Positions 1 through 13,792 of a stretch of DNA of 64,000 nucleotides are shown here, piece after piece; within the stretch, counting starts at the first letter, position 1; every line of letters starts with the position of its first letter. Origin of the DNA: Antedon mediterranea (lineage: Eukaryota > Animalia > Echinodermata); the NCBI RefSeq assembly GCF_964355755.1, contig NC_092675.1:29732912-29796911 (forward strand), read 5' to 3'. The position numbers and the translations under genes are program-made. Under the pieces are notes generated by a model. That model ran no database searches and had not been told where the DNA came from. It saw only the letters and a list, made by a program, of their open reading frames with translations.

Positions 1-1761
1 TTGAATCACCCATGGAACCACCCAAGATGACCCCAGGATGACCCCATCAGAGAACAAGGGGTTGAATCACCCATGGAACCACCCAAGATGACCCCATCAT
101 AGAACAAAAACTTAAAATAAAAAACAAATGAAATATCCAATGAACAAGAATACCAAGCAGAAGGATGAAATCAAATCGTGCATGAAATGTGGTAGACCCA
201 AAAATGAAGTACATATGTTGAAAAGAAATACATTAAACATTTCATGTTCTCCTCTACTCATCTATACTTCAATTTGGATTCACCGCCAACTGTTGAATGT
301 GCAAGTCTGGTCACATTTAACACACCACTTACATTTATGAGGGAGGAGGAAGGGTCTTTTCAACCCCCTCATATGAGGAGTCCTCACAGCCCTCTGGAAC
401 ATTGATCATTTGTGTGCTTGTATTTTCTTTGGGAACAGAAACAATTATATTATTGAATAAAAAATATCCACAGATGACTGTAACAATTGCTTAGGCTTTT
501 CACCATAGAAATAAAATCAACACATGCATAATCAAAGTATCAGCCTCTTTTGTAAACACATCAATGTAATGTTAACATAATGAACACATTTGTAGAAGAT
601 AATTCAGTATAAATTACAGGAAATCTACAGAAATAAAGCATATGTGATGTATACAAACACAGTTTTGAATTTTGAACCTAGATAAACATATTATAGTGTA
701 TTCTAAATATTTACTGTACTGTACTTTGTTAAAATGGAGATGAATGGCATGAATATGCCCAACACACAATAAAGTGAATGACATCAAACTGCCATACAGA
801 TGATTAGAATTATGAAAGTATTGAAAACTGCTATGTATTCAATTGCTAATGTGATTATGCAGAATGTACAGTATGGACAGACAACAGTGCAATGTAATGA
901 TTGTAATTGGTGGGGAGAAAATATGATGAACTTAACAACAGTCAGGAGTGCATAGGGGCATGATTCTTCTTTTGACAGTTAAAATAAAATTATGAACTAC
1001 TTTTTAATATAGGCTAATGGCTCTCCATAGAGTTCAAACATTCCTGCCTCCCCACCCTGATTAAAGTCAGATCTATGGATAAGATGGGATTAACTTGCCA
1101 CATGAATATGATTTGTCATTCCACAGTATACTGGCAAAGTGAATAAGAAATAACAAACAGAAACATCATCATTCAACAGAAAATATTAATGTTTTATTTT
1201 TTATTTATATTTCAAATCATTTGAATCTTATACTTTTTATAGTAACATCAAGGAATTGTTAATCAAGTTAATTTTATAATTATTTGCCTTAAATTTATTT
1301 ATAAAAAAATTACTAAATACTGAAAAATTATTCTTAAATTTAATATTTCAACATTATTAAATATTAAAATCATCAAATATTCTGAAACCAGAAATTCGAA
1401 AATGTCTACTATTCCAACAATGTTGTCATTTGACATAGTTTATAATAATTTATTCCTTTTGGATTTTAATACAATTCTGGTTTCTAAGGAGTCAACTTGC
1501 GAATACAATGATATCATCCATTATATGCATGTATGTTGATTGGTATAACAACTTTTGTATGGTTTTATTATGTACCTAGACTACTAAATACTGCCCAACT
1601 TCCTATATTATAATATTATTATTTCCTATATATTCAATGTCTGTATAGAGGTATTATGTCAAGAGTTTATCATCTGAATATATGAAGCTTGTAGTAGTAG
1701 TATTAATATACAAAGCACCAATTTACTATACTGTATTTTTATATAAAACACCCAGTCAGGT

Positions 1762-4700
1762 TTAAAAAACATCAACTTCATCGCAAGATTTATCCACTAC
1801 AAGAGGTGTTTGTGAATTCTCTCTGCCAATATGTTTTCTGGGGTTGTCAGAATCTTCAACTTTCATATCAACATTTGACGTGTCATGAATTTCAAAAGCT
1901 CCCTCTATACCTAATTTAAAGATTCAAAATTAAGTTCAGTCACCATAGACAACAAAAGGTGAACAGAAATAAGCAATTGAATTGACTGATAGTTTCAAAC
2001 TTGTGAAGTACGGTACTGTTTGTGACAATGAAATGGAGATTTACAATGACATCAGCTTTTTTGTTTTTAAGGACAACTTTGAGAATCTGCAATGAATCTG
2101 TTTGATAACATTTATCATTGAATCAAGACTAGAAGACATCAGAATAATTTCCATAAATAAACCAAATTTTAATATTCACCATGCTGAGTACAAGTAAAGT
2201 ACCAAAACCTACAAAGAACATACAGAATGGATCCAGAAAACGAGGGGTTCACAAAACTCTTGAACAAATTAACTAGGTAAAACATATTTTAACACAAAAT
2301 AAACTGAAAATAAGATGATCAGAAAACACAAAATGAAAGACAAATTTAAGAAAGATTAAAAAGATTAATTAAACCAGGGAAAAGTGAATTCTTCCCTGAT
2401 AAAACTATTGTCTCAAAACCCTGTCCAATATTTTAAAGTCAGGGCGGATTCAAGGGGGGAGGGGTCCCAGCTGACCCGGTCCCTCTCTAAATTTCACAAA
2501 TTGCAGTGCAAAAGATAGGACATCAAATTATGTTCAGCACTTCATTTCACTACTTTAGCCCACCCCCCCCCCCCCCCCCGCCCCCCTATTTCAAAATCCT
2601 GGATCCGCCACTGAGAATGATGTTAGCTAGAATGTTAACAGTCCTTTATTACATGCATAAGTATCCACCACCAACTAAATGATTTATTTATTCACATTTA
2701 ACATACCTCTTATGTTACAGTATGGGAGGCTAATCAATATAGGAAGAGTTCTCATAGCCCTCAGCTGCAACATTGATCATTTGTGTGAAAAAAATAAACA
2801 GAAATAACTATTTTATTTATAAATCATGAATGAAAATATCAACAAAATTTATCTAACTTAAATTTCAATCCATTTTTAAGCTTGTATGTAACAGCCTGTA
2901 CCCCAAAACACAATAACAGGGTGTAGCGTGGGAATGAAGTAGTCTCGTACAAAGTACGATATTTTTTTAAACATCAATATAACATTGATTGATTGATGTA
3001 ATGAACAAATTTACTTTAGATAAGAGTAAGTTAATAAATACATGGTTTAGCTTTTAACTATGATATCCTTTCATACAGTATTACATATAATTGTGTGCTG
3101 ATAAGTTTTCAATAATGAATATCCTGTTTCCTACAGTATACTAATAGGCATGTATCAAATGCAAGTTTAACATTCTCATAGTACCATACAAATAATTAAA
3201 ACAAGTCACTGGTGTCTATATAACATACTATAAAACAAGTCACTGGTGTCTATATAACATACTATAAAACAAGTCACTGGTGTCTATATAACATACTATA
3301 ACAGTAATTCTATTTTTTTAAAGTTTTCTAGTTGCTGTATTAATTGTCTTTCTGTTTTTGCCAGAATCCAAGAGGAAACCCAGTATTTTTTCTGAAAAGT
3401 TATGATTCTTCCATTTGTTTTGTCTTCACAAGCGATCGAAAGTCGGTGAATCACACAGAAGAAAAACGAAAATATCAATCCGCATGCAATGCATGTTGGG
3501 ATTTACAGCAGGCCACTTCAATTAATAAAATCAACTTATTTTTAATCGTTTAAAGACGAAAAAAGTTATCGCAATAGGACCATCTATTATTTATTTTTAT
3601 ATTAAATTTTTTATTTAAATTAAACAAGTTTGTCACCTAATAAATTAGATCTAAAAAACGTAGGGAATGAGGCTTTAAGATGAAAAGCTCAAAATCACAT
3701 AGCCCATGTTGAAATATTAATGTTAAACAAAATGGATGGAGTGTGAAAGTGAAAGGAGTGATGATAGGATCTTAAAAGGCGAAAACGATCTTAAAAGGCG
3801 AAAACAATTTTAAAAACTATTAAAAATATAATGAGTACAACAAGTATATATAGCCACCATTAAAAGAACTATCGGCACAGTAAATGTAATTTATTATCTT
3901 TTATCAATATCTTCATCTATTGGCCCAGGCAATGATGCCTAGTTCACTGTGTCAATAGATAACATAAATAAGGAGCACATCAATGAAAACAATACATTGC
4001 CGCTATGAAGCAATTGACCTGACCTGGTCAACCATGCTGATAGAAAACACTACTTTACATGCACGGTGTTCCGCGTCAATAGTAAACTTTCACTACATGT
4101 ACGATTACACTGTGCCGATAGCATTATCCATAAAACCTACTAAAAGTATGATGAGAGAAAAGCCATACCTGATGATATTGTTTTCACTTTTTCAGTAGAA
4201 CCGTTTTTATAATTTGGTTGAAGTTCCAAACTACCTTTACCCACTGACATCTTTTTCACATTGCCATCACAAACAACCTGAGAACTTTCAACTTCTTTGG
4301 ATTTTTCATTTGGACCTTGGTACCTAACAAAAACATTATTATTAATATATTTTGTTATAAATACAGTAGATTTAGGCTTAATGTTTAAACAAATATATCA
4401 TAGGTATAAAGACCAGAAACAGAACAGTCAAACTAATAAAATAGATACAATAATAATGAAGCTTTTTACTTATTTTTCAAGTTTGCAAGCAAGTATAATT
4501 CAATGCTTTTATTATAAAATCCATAAACTATTTTATTCACAAGCAAATTTTAAAAAATTAGAAAATATTTTATAAATAAATCATAAAATATGATTTACCT
4601 TTTTATATATATTCTTATACACACAACTACTGTAATGATAATCAATATGACAAAGAAAACTATTAAAAATATCTGCCAGCCTTCCCAGCCACTATCTGAA

Positions 4701-7700
4701 AGAAAAAAAAAATTTCGCACATTCATACACACAAAAACAAATAAAGAAGCAGCTGAACGCAACACAACTCTGTGTCGACATAAGCACCCTGAGCAACTGA
4801 ATGCAACTCAATTCTGTGTCGACATAAGCACTCTCAGCAACTGAACGCAAGTCAATTCTGTGTCGACATAAGCACTCTCAGCAACTGAACGCAAGTCAAT
4901 TCTGTGTCGACATAAGCACTCGGAGCAACTGAACGCAACAACTCAATTTTGTGTCAACATAAGCACTCTGAGCAACTGAACGCAACTCAACTCTGTGTCG
5001 ACATAAGCACTCTGAGCAACTGAACGCAACTCAACTCTGTGTTGACATAAGCATTCTGAGCAACTGAACGCAAGTCAATTCTTTGTCAACATAGCCATCT
5101 GAGCAACTGAAATAGACTCAATTCAACTTTGTGTCGACGTAATCTGCTCCTAAAATATGTTCATTTCATTTATTTTAAAGAAAAAACAGTGAACAAAGTT
5201 AAAAATACAAACACAAGCAACATAAAACAAAAATGCATTGAGGTGTTAGTGTTAGTAATTTCTTTCTGGCTGTTTTCAATATTTTTTTTTTTGATTTAGC
5301 ATTCACTTATTTTATTTTATATCTCCACCAAGATCCAGCTCCCTGATACCCATAGCATTATTATTTTTTCACTAATTTTCCACAACATCTCTAGGCTAGT
5401 CCACAATGTGATATGATGCCTCTGGGCTGGCCCACAATGTCCCCAAAATATGACACCGTTAGGTTGGCCCACAATGTCCCCAAGATGCATCTAAGTTGGC
5501 CCACAATGTCCCCAAGATGCCTCTAGGTTGGTCCACAATGTCCCCAAGATGGCTCTGGGTTGGCCTAAAGTGTCTGTCCCCAAACAAGTTTTTATTCTAA
5601 GTATTTTAACCAGGTTTGACTTTATCAAATAAAAAAGTACTTGAATTAACAGATAGGACAGTTAACTTGTTAATTTGTTATAAATAGTAGTAAAAGAAAA
5701 ATACCAATAAGTTACTTTTAAATAAATTGTGATAAATGCAGATTTGTGCTTTTATTTGATGATAATATTAAATATTAATCGTGTTATATAATAATTATTA
5801 TATTATTTACAAGATTAGTAAACTCAGTAATAAAAGGGGTACCAACTATTCTAATGTATGATATTTCATTTACTACTGCTTCAAATGGCTATCTACAATA
5901 CCTGTAGGTTGAGGATCATTGGATGACATAACTGTACTATGCTTAATATCTGCAGTAAAATAATAATTATTGTTGGAAAATGTTTGATTTTTGACAATCT
6001 ACCTAGGAACCAGTTACGTTAGCAGAGTTTTTACAAACTCTAGGTCCAGGTGGCAACACAATAGGTCACATCAAATCAAAAGCTCCCAAATAAAAGTATG
6101 AGAACCCAGTTAAAACAGTGAACACAGCATATATTTATATTTAAACACATTTTACTCATAAAAGCAAACTGAAAATCTGTTGAAACATTTGTGTGATAGA
6201 TTTGATGTATCTTTGTGGTTAAGTTGTCGGGCACCACCAGGGTACTGGGTACAAATCCTGTCTATGGTTTCTAATAATTTGTTTATGTTGTGAGAATTAA
6301 TAACGGGACGTGAAAATAGTAATTGACATAATAAAAAATAAGATTAATCTTGCTTCAAAGTACAGTACTGCAGAATTAAAGAAACTAAATTGAAATCTTT
6401 CATTTGTAAACCAAAAAAAAAACCAAAGTTTTGAACTACTGCAAGTGCTGCTGTAAAAATAAGATCAAGAAAAGGGGGAAAAATGGAAGTTCATACCAGC
6501 ACACAAAGTATAGGGATATACCCTCGTCGCTTACCAGGGGTTTAAACTAATGAACTGGGGGTTAGCACCAGTTGCGTCTCAGAACTCAAGCACCTCTATT
6601 TATCATTTATAAAGTACAAACATAGCATAGCACAATGTGGCAGGATTAGTTTTCACTCTCTTTATATTAAAATACACAAAATAAAATACATGACAAAAAT
6701 TGTAATAAAATTGATATATAAAATAGCATTTTTCAGTCAAGCAATCCAACCTAATGTAACCACAATAACATATAATGAGAACATGTTTTTTTATACATAA
6801 TGTGAAGAAAACACAATTATACAGTAGTGAGCTTACACTATCCATAATATATACAGTAATATCAGGTAATGTACCATTTAAAAAAAAAAACACTTACAGT
6901 GTAATAAGCAGTGTGCTTGTTAATTGGGTTTTGTCTCAGCGTGCAATGCCAACAATATGAATGAAAATTATTTTGGACAATGCAGTACCAAAGCAACAAA
7001 GCAATATTAGCTTTGCAACTAGATTATTCTAAAAGTGGGGTAGATACGGAAGCTATCATAGCACATGAGTATTAGAATAGCAGTGCAATTAAATTTAATG
7101 AAATAAATAAATATCATTCAATTAAAGCATGTAAGACTTTATAACGGTTTTGTAAAATACAGGTACCAAGTAGACAACTAACATACCCGTTGCTAATAAG
7201 TTCAGGCTATTGATACTTCGTGTTGTCTCTGTTGTTATAACCCAGGAAAGACATTAAAATAAAACATGAAAGGTATTTCATTTCACATGTTTAACATTGA
7301 AACATTCAAGGTATATTTATCCATTTAAGTACTGCACCTTTCACCTGTTAAATTTTACAGATATACAAACTTGAATTTACATGCATACTGACGTATGTAC
7401 GATCAGATAGAGAATTGTGTTACTATAATTTAAACAATCTGCAACATTTGAATTATTTTATTCGGATATTTCCTTTTTTTTATCTCAATTTAAAATGATC
7501 TTCCGATGTAATGGCACATTCTGTATCTGAAGAATTCTTTTGTTTGGATTCAATAGATATTATTATTCTGTTTATATGGGCATGTTAAATTGTCTTCATG
7601 GAAAATGTATTCCAATCAAACATGTGATTGAATAATATTTTAAAAAATAACATGATTATTTAGTGATACCATGAAGGTACCTGGATGATGATACTTTACC

Positions 7701-8606
7701 AATCAGACATGTGATGGAATAACATTATATGAAATGATGATTATTTGATTATAAGATAAGTACTGAAATGTTGGCATTTAATGTAATACTATAGTACAGA
7801 TAATATCTATATAGACTTAACGTGTCATGTTACCTTCAGGGTTAGATGTAGTACCTTCAGGAGTACTACTGTATTCAAAAGTAAACTCTGTAGTACCTAG
7901 AATATCAGACGAATTAGTCAAATCTGAAATATACATAATAGCATGCTTCGTTTCAATGTATATAATATTTTATTACATCTTAAACGATTACAAAGAGTTT
8001 TTGTGTTTTTTTTAGACTTTTTCACATTTTCATATAACATAGTCATATTAGGAAAGATGGCAGTACAGTAGCCGTAAAGAGTATTAACTTTGTTTGTAAT
8101 AAATATTAATAGTGTTAATATTGGACTAAGCTAGATACTGTACCCATACATACATACAGAGAGTATATATAATATTAGATTAATAAATATTATACTTGTA
8201 CAGTATATTGCAATAAATTTATTTTATATAATTACATACAGATGCATACACAAAATTGCTTGTTTCCATGCTAAATAATGTGAGCTGCACAATGAAGCAA
8301 TTTTAACGTTGGGTTACCTTCAGCTGTGATGGTTTTTGGATGGGTGTGTTCATCTGTTATAGGAAATTGCGTAGAATCTACATCTGGTGTCTGTGTCAAA
8401 CCTGAAACCATATTTTCGTTAATAATGCTATACACACCATGCAATTAGTATTTTGATATAATTATTCAGAATTCAAATGCAATTAAATTTTTAGAATCCG
8501 TCTACGGCGAATTATATTAATGATATTGATATTTCTCCTTAAAAACATGCATTTTTACCTTCTGTTGTAAAAGTAGTAGAAATAGTAGGCACAGTTGTAG
8601 TGTAAC
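1762..8606 (-). CDS. Uncharacterised type I single-pass membrane protein with a Thr/Ser-rich mucin-like stalk (5' end unresolved, possibly extending to ~14800)
   Basis: GT-AG, phase-compatible exons: 8559-8606 (GYTTTVPTISTTFTTE), 8318-8401, 7834-7923, 5902-5949, TM exon 4599-4695 (DSGWEGWQIFLIVFFVILIIITVVVCIRIYIKR), 4169-4323, and probable last exon 1762-1910 ending in TAA. Further exon-like blocks at ~13835-13965, ~14196-14280 and ~14700-14800 could not be joined confidently. Confidence 0.65.
2441..2613. mobile_element. Short MITE-like element with CAG(T)GGCGGAT(T/C)CA ends
   Basis: Begins CAGGGCGGATTCAAG and ends CTGGATCCGCCACTG (imperfect inverted repeats), with internal G and C runs. Confidence 0.5.
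3196..3300. repeat. 36-bp tandem repeat, about 3 copies
   Basis: AAAACAAGTCACTGGTGTCTATATAACATACTAT repeated. Confidence 0.9.
3322..3674 (-). mobile_element. Truncated copy of the TTAA-flanked (Kolobok-like) element at 49907-50532
   Basis: Ends CTAAAAAACGTAGGGAATGAGGCT followed by TTAA; reverse-complement similarity to ~49907-50250. Confidence 0.7.
4750..5140. repeat. ~42-bp minisatellite, about 9 copies
   Basis: GCAACTGAACGCAACTCAATTCTGTGTCGACATAAGCACTCTGA units. Confidence 0.9.
5385..5583. repeat. Degenerate ~30-bp tandem repeat
   Basis: GGTTGGCCCACAATGTCCCCAAGATGC units. Confidence 0.75.
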
Positions 8607-11600
8607 CTGAAAATGTATGATGATTAAAAAAACAAATAATCCTACAATTTCATTCCAATATTATAATTTTTGTTAGAAATCAGACCACGACTTATACTCT
8701 ATACACCGCAGCATGATTTTTTTATTTAAGCATTTTATAAAAAATAAACCGAAAATTACAACATTAATAACAAACAATATTGAGCATTTATACGCTTTTT
8801 ACCGGAGTCTTACAATGCGACATGAACATTATTGAAATACGGTAGGTGAGTTTTCCTAGAGGTTTGAATTAAAAATGGGATGGAGTGTAACGGATGGAAG
8901 GAGGAAGTTGGTTCCAGATGTTGCTGCCTGAGCAAAGCATGATCATAATTATTAGAGCTAGATGTTCATAGTTATATATAAATATAATTTTTTTATATTT
9001 TATAATAATTATAAATACTTTAATACTAATAGTTGAAGTAAAAAAAGTTTGTGAGAATAATCTTAAAAAAGAACCAACAACAACTACTATAAGATCACAA
9101 TAATGGTAAACAATAGAGTAACTTTATTGGTTTTTGTCCTCCTTGGCGTGCCATAAAATACTCTTTTTTTTTTGCCTTCTATCCTCTTCTTTTGTATTGA
9201 ACTTAAATTACATAATAAAAATAATTACAGTACTGTAATAAAAACATAAGGAAAATAAATATGTTTACTGTACTTGAAAATTAAATGAAAAACTTTTATT
9301 TACTGTAAAAAAGGGAAAAGAAAATGTATCTTACGGGGCAGTGTGTTTCCCTTGAAGGATAAAATTAATAAAAACTTTAAAACTGCAACATATTCAACAA
9401 GTTGTCAGCAACTGTGTAATGGCGAGTATAGCAGCTCTTACAGTACAGTCTTTTCTTAAAAGTTTATACTGTACTGTAATGTATTTAAACTGTTGTTTCA
9501 ATGTTGATATAACAGTGCATCCTTGTTTATTATAAAAACACTTGAAGCAGGACAAATACTGGTAGTATAGGGTAAAATAATGAATAATAACAGCTTAAAA
9601 TGGTTACTCATACTGCAAATGATATTCAGACTCAGTCCGTGAAAAAAAAATTAATTAAATTAGTTTTTTAACACAAAATAACTTCAGCTGTGATGGTCAA
9701 CACATCATTTCTGATTTTCTGTTGAGCACAACATTTTTTCTTCGAAACATTTTTATAAATAGGATCATGTTGTAACTAAAAATAGCTCCATATGCAAAAA
9801 AAAAAGAGTTAAAATATCTGAATTTGACTAGAATCAGGTTTTTCAAATCATACAGTATTCAAAATTGTATTCTCTAGTTCTGAAGAAACAGGACCTTTTA
9901 GTATTGTAAACCACATACTGTACATTTGGCTTCAGAGAAGTTGTTTATGGTTAACCATTTTTATTACATACTGAATCAACATCTTGAACAGGAAAGCCTG
10001 TTAATTGTATTGATCAGTCTGGTTAATAATTACCAAATATCATAACAATTATGGCTAGCTAATCTTGACAAAATGGTATTACAAAACAAGGGAATGATTA
10101 TGGCTATTTGGATACACCTTCTCTTTAGGCTGTCGTTTATACTGTAGTCTGATCATAAATTTTGTTTGATTTCCTGGTAGATTTCCCTTTAGAATTTGGT
10201 AGAAGGGGAACTTAAAGCGGAAATAAATTATATTTGTCACTGAGGGGGACATAAAAAGGGAAAGTTTATACTTTGTAATTGTACATAAGAAATATAAATG
10301 AAGTTTATTCAAAAAGACTTCCTGGTTCCTCAAATTAAACTCAGTGAAATATTTTATAAGGAAACTATTAAAATACAGTGGCTCTATTATCAGCATATTC
10401 TAGACAGTATTCATGTTGATCAGATAACATGGGCTGGGCATCGTTAAAGGTTTATGTCGACATTCATGTAGTATAGTAGAAGTATCGCATTATAAGCATG
10501 GTACGGAGATTGAATATTATAATAATAACATTAACAACATACATCAAACTACATTCATTTAATTAGCAACAATTCCTATTTTTCAATCATTAAATAATTG
10601 ATTATCAAAAATTATTTTTAGAAATGTTTCTCATTTAGTAATATAATACTCTATTCAATCATAATAATAAATAAGAAATTCCTTTCTGAGTCACCTTTAT
10701 AATCAAACTATGTCCCCATTGTTCAAACAAAGCTATAAATCAGGAAATTCAGGTCAAAATTCTACAATTGTTAAAGGATTAAATCTTTTTTGCAAATAAA
10801 TTACTCACAAGTTTATGATTTATTTTGCGTATATATTTTAAGCATTGAAATAATTACAACTTGAGAACTGGAAATTGGAATGAAAATAAGAAGTAATAAA
10901 ACAATAAATTGTTAATTAAAAGATTTTAAGCAGAGAATACTGTATTTTGAAGATCTACATAATGACGTAAGGTTACATCCATCACATGGATATTACTATG
11001 AAGCAATCACTATAACAACTAAACGCTATATATTTGACTAGCTGCAGTTTGAATTTATTTTTGATAAACATTATTCGCAGCATAATTTAAGCATTTTGCC
11101 AATTTATAGGAATAATGTATACTGTACCTCTCTTCGGATAGAGAGGCTAATGTTGGTTTATCCAGGTAAGCTAGGCACGAAATAGACTAAAGATTTATTT
11201 TTGAGATAGGCATTGTTTTATTGCAACTTATTAGAAAAAAGAATTCATAATTTAGTAGCAATTACTAACAGGACTAGAACTGGTCGTTGACATTGCTTGA
11301 ATTTGCCAGTAAAATGAGTCATGTTATTCATACTGAGTTTAAGTCAATGTAACATGCCAAATATTGTCACCAGAAACAGGAGGTTTTAGTTAACAACCGA
11401 CTTTCAACTTGACAGATAGTTAAGACTGTTTAATACATAAAAAGTGTATGGAAATTGAAAATTGCAAGACAAGGAACAGATCTGTAAACATACAAAATGT
11501 CTTCAAACAGAATATTATTATTTGGCATGTACTAGTACTTTTATAAATAGTAATTATTTACTCTACAATACAATAGTACTTCAAATACTTTTCTAAATTT

Positions 11601-11610
11601 ATATATTTAT

Positions 11611-13792
11611 GGGCAATTCCATGGTCACTCGCATTACACATTACAGTCATTTTTGTTAGTCTAAGCTTTGTACTTTCTATACTAATTGGATTTTTAAGTC
11701 AATGTTTTATATGAACATACTTTAGGTGCAAGTCTTTAATAAAATACTATAAAAAAAATTGTATGTCTTTTACTTCGACAATGACGCCATTGCGAAATTC
11801 TGTCACACGCATTACACAAAAAGGACACAACAAAAATTTGATTAGATTTGATAAGAACGTGTCCTTAAACTAAAAATATATGAATCAAAAGATCTTTTAT
11901 TTTTAATTGCTGTACTTTTAAAGTATAAAATAGGATAATAAAAAAATTCAACATTACATAGATTTTAAAAATATTTTACATTTTAACAAAAAAGTCCCGT
12001 CACTCGCATTACTGTCACTCGCATTACCGTAAGAAGTGAACTTAGTATTTACTAAGCAAAGCAGAAAGAAAAGTAGACAATAATTAAATAATGCAACATT
12101 AAACCACTCAAAGAATGTTATATCAATTTTCAAGTAAAAACTTTTATTTCAACTCATTTGGATGAAGTTCTAAAAGACATCATCTATTTTTAACACTAAC
12201 AGAACATCTTGATTTTTTACAAACACAATAACAGAACACTTATACGGTCACTAAAAATGAAAATAGAAAATTCAAACAGCCATTTTACAAATTATGGAAC
12301 TCAAAGTTCTTCGCAAACCAGCATCAAGCATTCTTTTTGCCCTGGTAGTGGCTTTAGCAAAGCCATAGCACTTCTAAAAGGTGATGGCCCGTCTGATGCC
12401 AAAGCAGCCTTCTTTGCTCTGAACTAATAGCCACACGTTTTCTATTAGCAACTTTAAGAGCATCAATCTTCTGCTTCTTCAAAGCTGGTGGCAGAGCTAG
12501 AATTTTCTCTTTTCTTTTACTTTTTTACTTCTTTTCGAAATTTCATTTTGTTTGTTTCTGTATGAGGTGTATTTTCCCTCGGCTTTCAGTTTTTCTAGGT
12601 ACTTTCTCTGTCGTTCGGCCATTTCTAAAGGCAGGATGCAAATGTGAATGATAATTTAAAATTATTTTTAAATAATAAGCAATTATATATTTTGTTTTTA
12701 AAACTACAATGCTTTAGACCTGGTGGTTTAAAATATGCCTAGTAAATAATAATATATAAATAATAATATATAAATAAATTATTATAGCCTTAGGCCTATG
12801 CGGTGTTTTCAAATTATAGAATTTGAAATAATTAACACTAACAATATAAGAAAAAAAAACTTAAAAATTGTGATTAAATATAAATGTATACTTATTCTTA
12901 CCTTCTTATCTTCACAAAAGATTGTACCAAATTTGTTAAATCTCACCAGATTTAGTGTTTTTTATTTAATGAGCTCTTATAATGATTTGATTTTTCAAAT
13001 GATTTAACTGCAAAAAGGTCGTTGCTAGGGATTGTGCCCTCAACAAACCTAATGCTATAATTATTATACTGTAGTGCCTCCAAATAAGGGCCAAATCACA
13101 CATTGTATTATGAAATTAATGTATATACTAATTCTGGGACTAATTCATAACTAATGATAGATTAATTACTATTTTACTTTACAAAAAAAAGAGTTTTAGT
13201 AATGTCACTCGCATTACATTGTCCATTTTTTAACGTCACTCGCATTACATGTCACTCGCATTTCACTTTTCAATGTCTCAACAATTTTGTATTTACGGGG
13301 ATTTTTTATTTTTATTTGTCAAATTTTAATTGTTCAAAGTAGTATAGCTAAATTATAAAATTTCATTAAAAAAAATTATCATCATGATGGTATAAAAAAA
13401 AAAATCATTTTTTTTGTCACTCGCATTACATACCCTAATATATAACAGAATATACACAGCACTCCTATGGGATATTCAACATTTGTAGTTATATAATATT
13501 TTCCATATATCTTAAGTGTACTACCGTATTACTTAGACATGTTACTTTATAAATATTGCTTTGTTGGGAAAATAATAATCAGTTAACGTAATTACCTATT
13601 TTTCACACCTAAAAAAAAATATATATTCAACATTGAATAAACGTAATTTTTTGGCTGCAAAAAGTCATAAATGAATTGAAAAAGTTAAAAACCTAGTTCC
13701 CACATATTCAAAGAGTAACATAAACACAAATTTTGAGCTGACTAATTAATTTGAATTTTTTTGGTCATGTCCATGTTTGCATGGAATTGCCC
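11611..13792. mobile_element. 2.2-kb non-autonomous or decayed TIR DNA transposon (superfamily uncertain)
   Basis: 13-bp TIR GGGCAATTCCATG...CATGGAATTGCCC with AT on both flanks; about 8 internal GTCACTCGCATTAC motifs; broken Lys/Arg-rich coding remnant at ~12300-12630 (-). Confidence 0.8.

Noticed and set aside
10079-10396. 105-aa ORF as part of the membrane-protein gene
   Set aside because: An internal acceptor is possible, but no consistent in-frame path to the downstream exons could be built.
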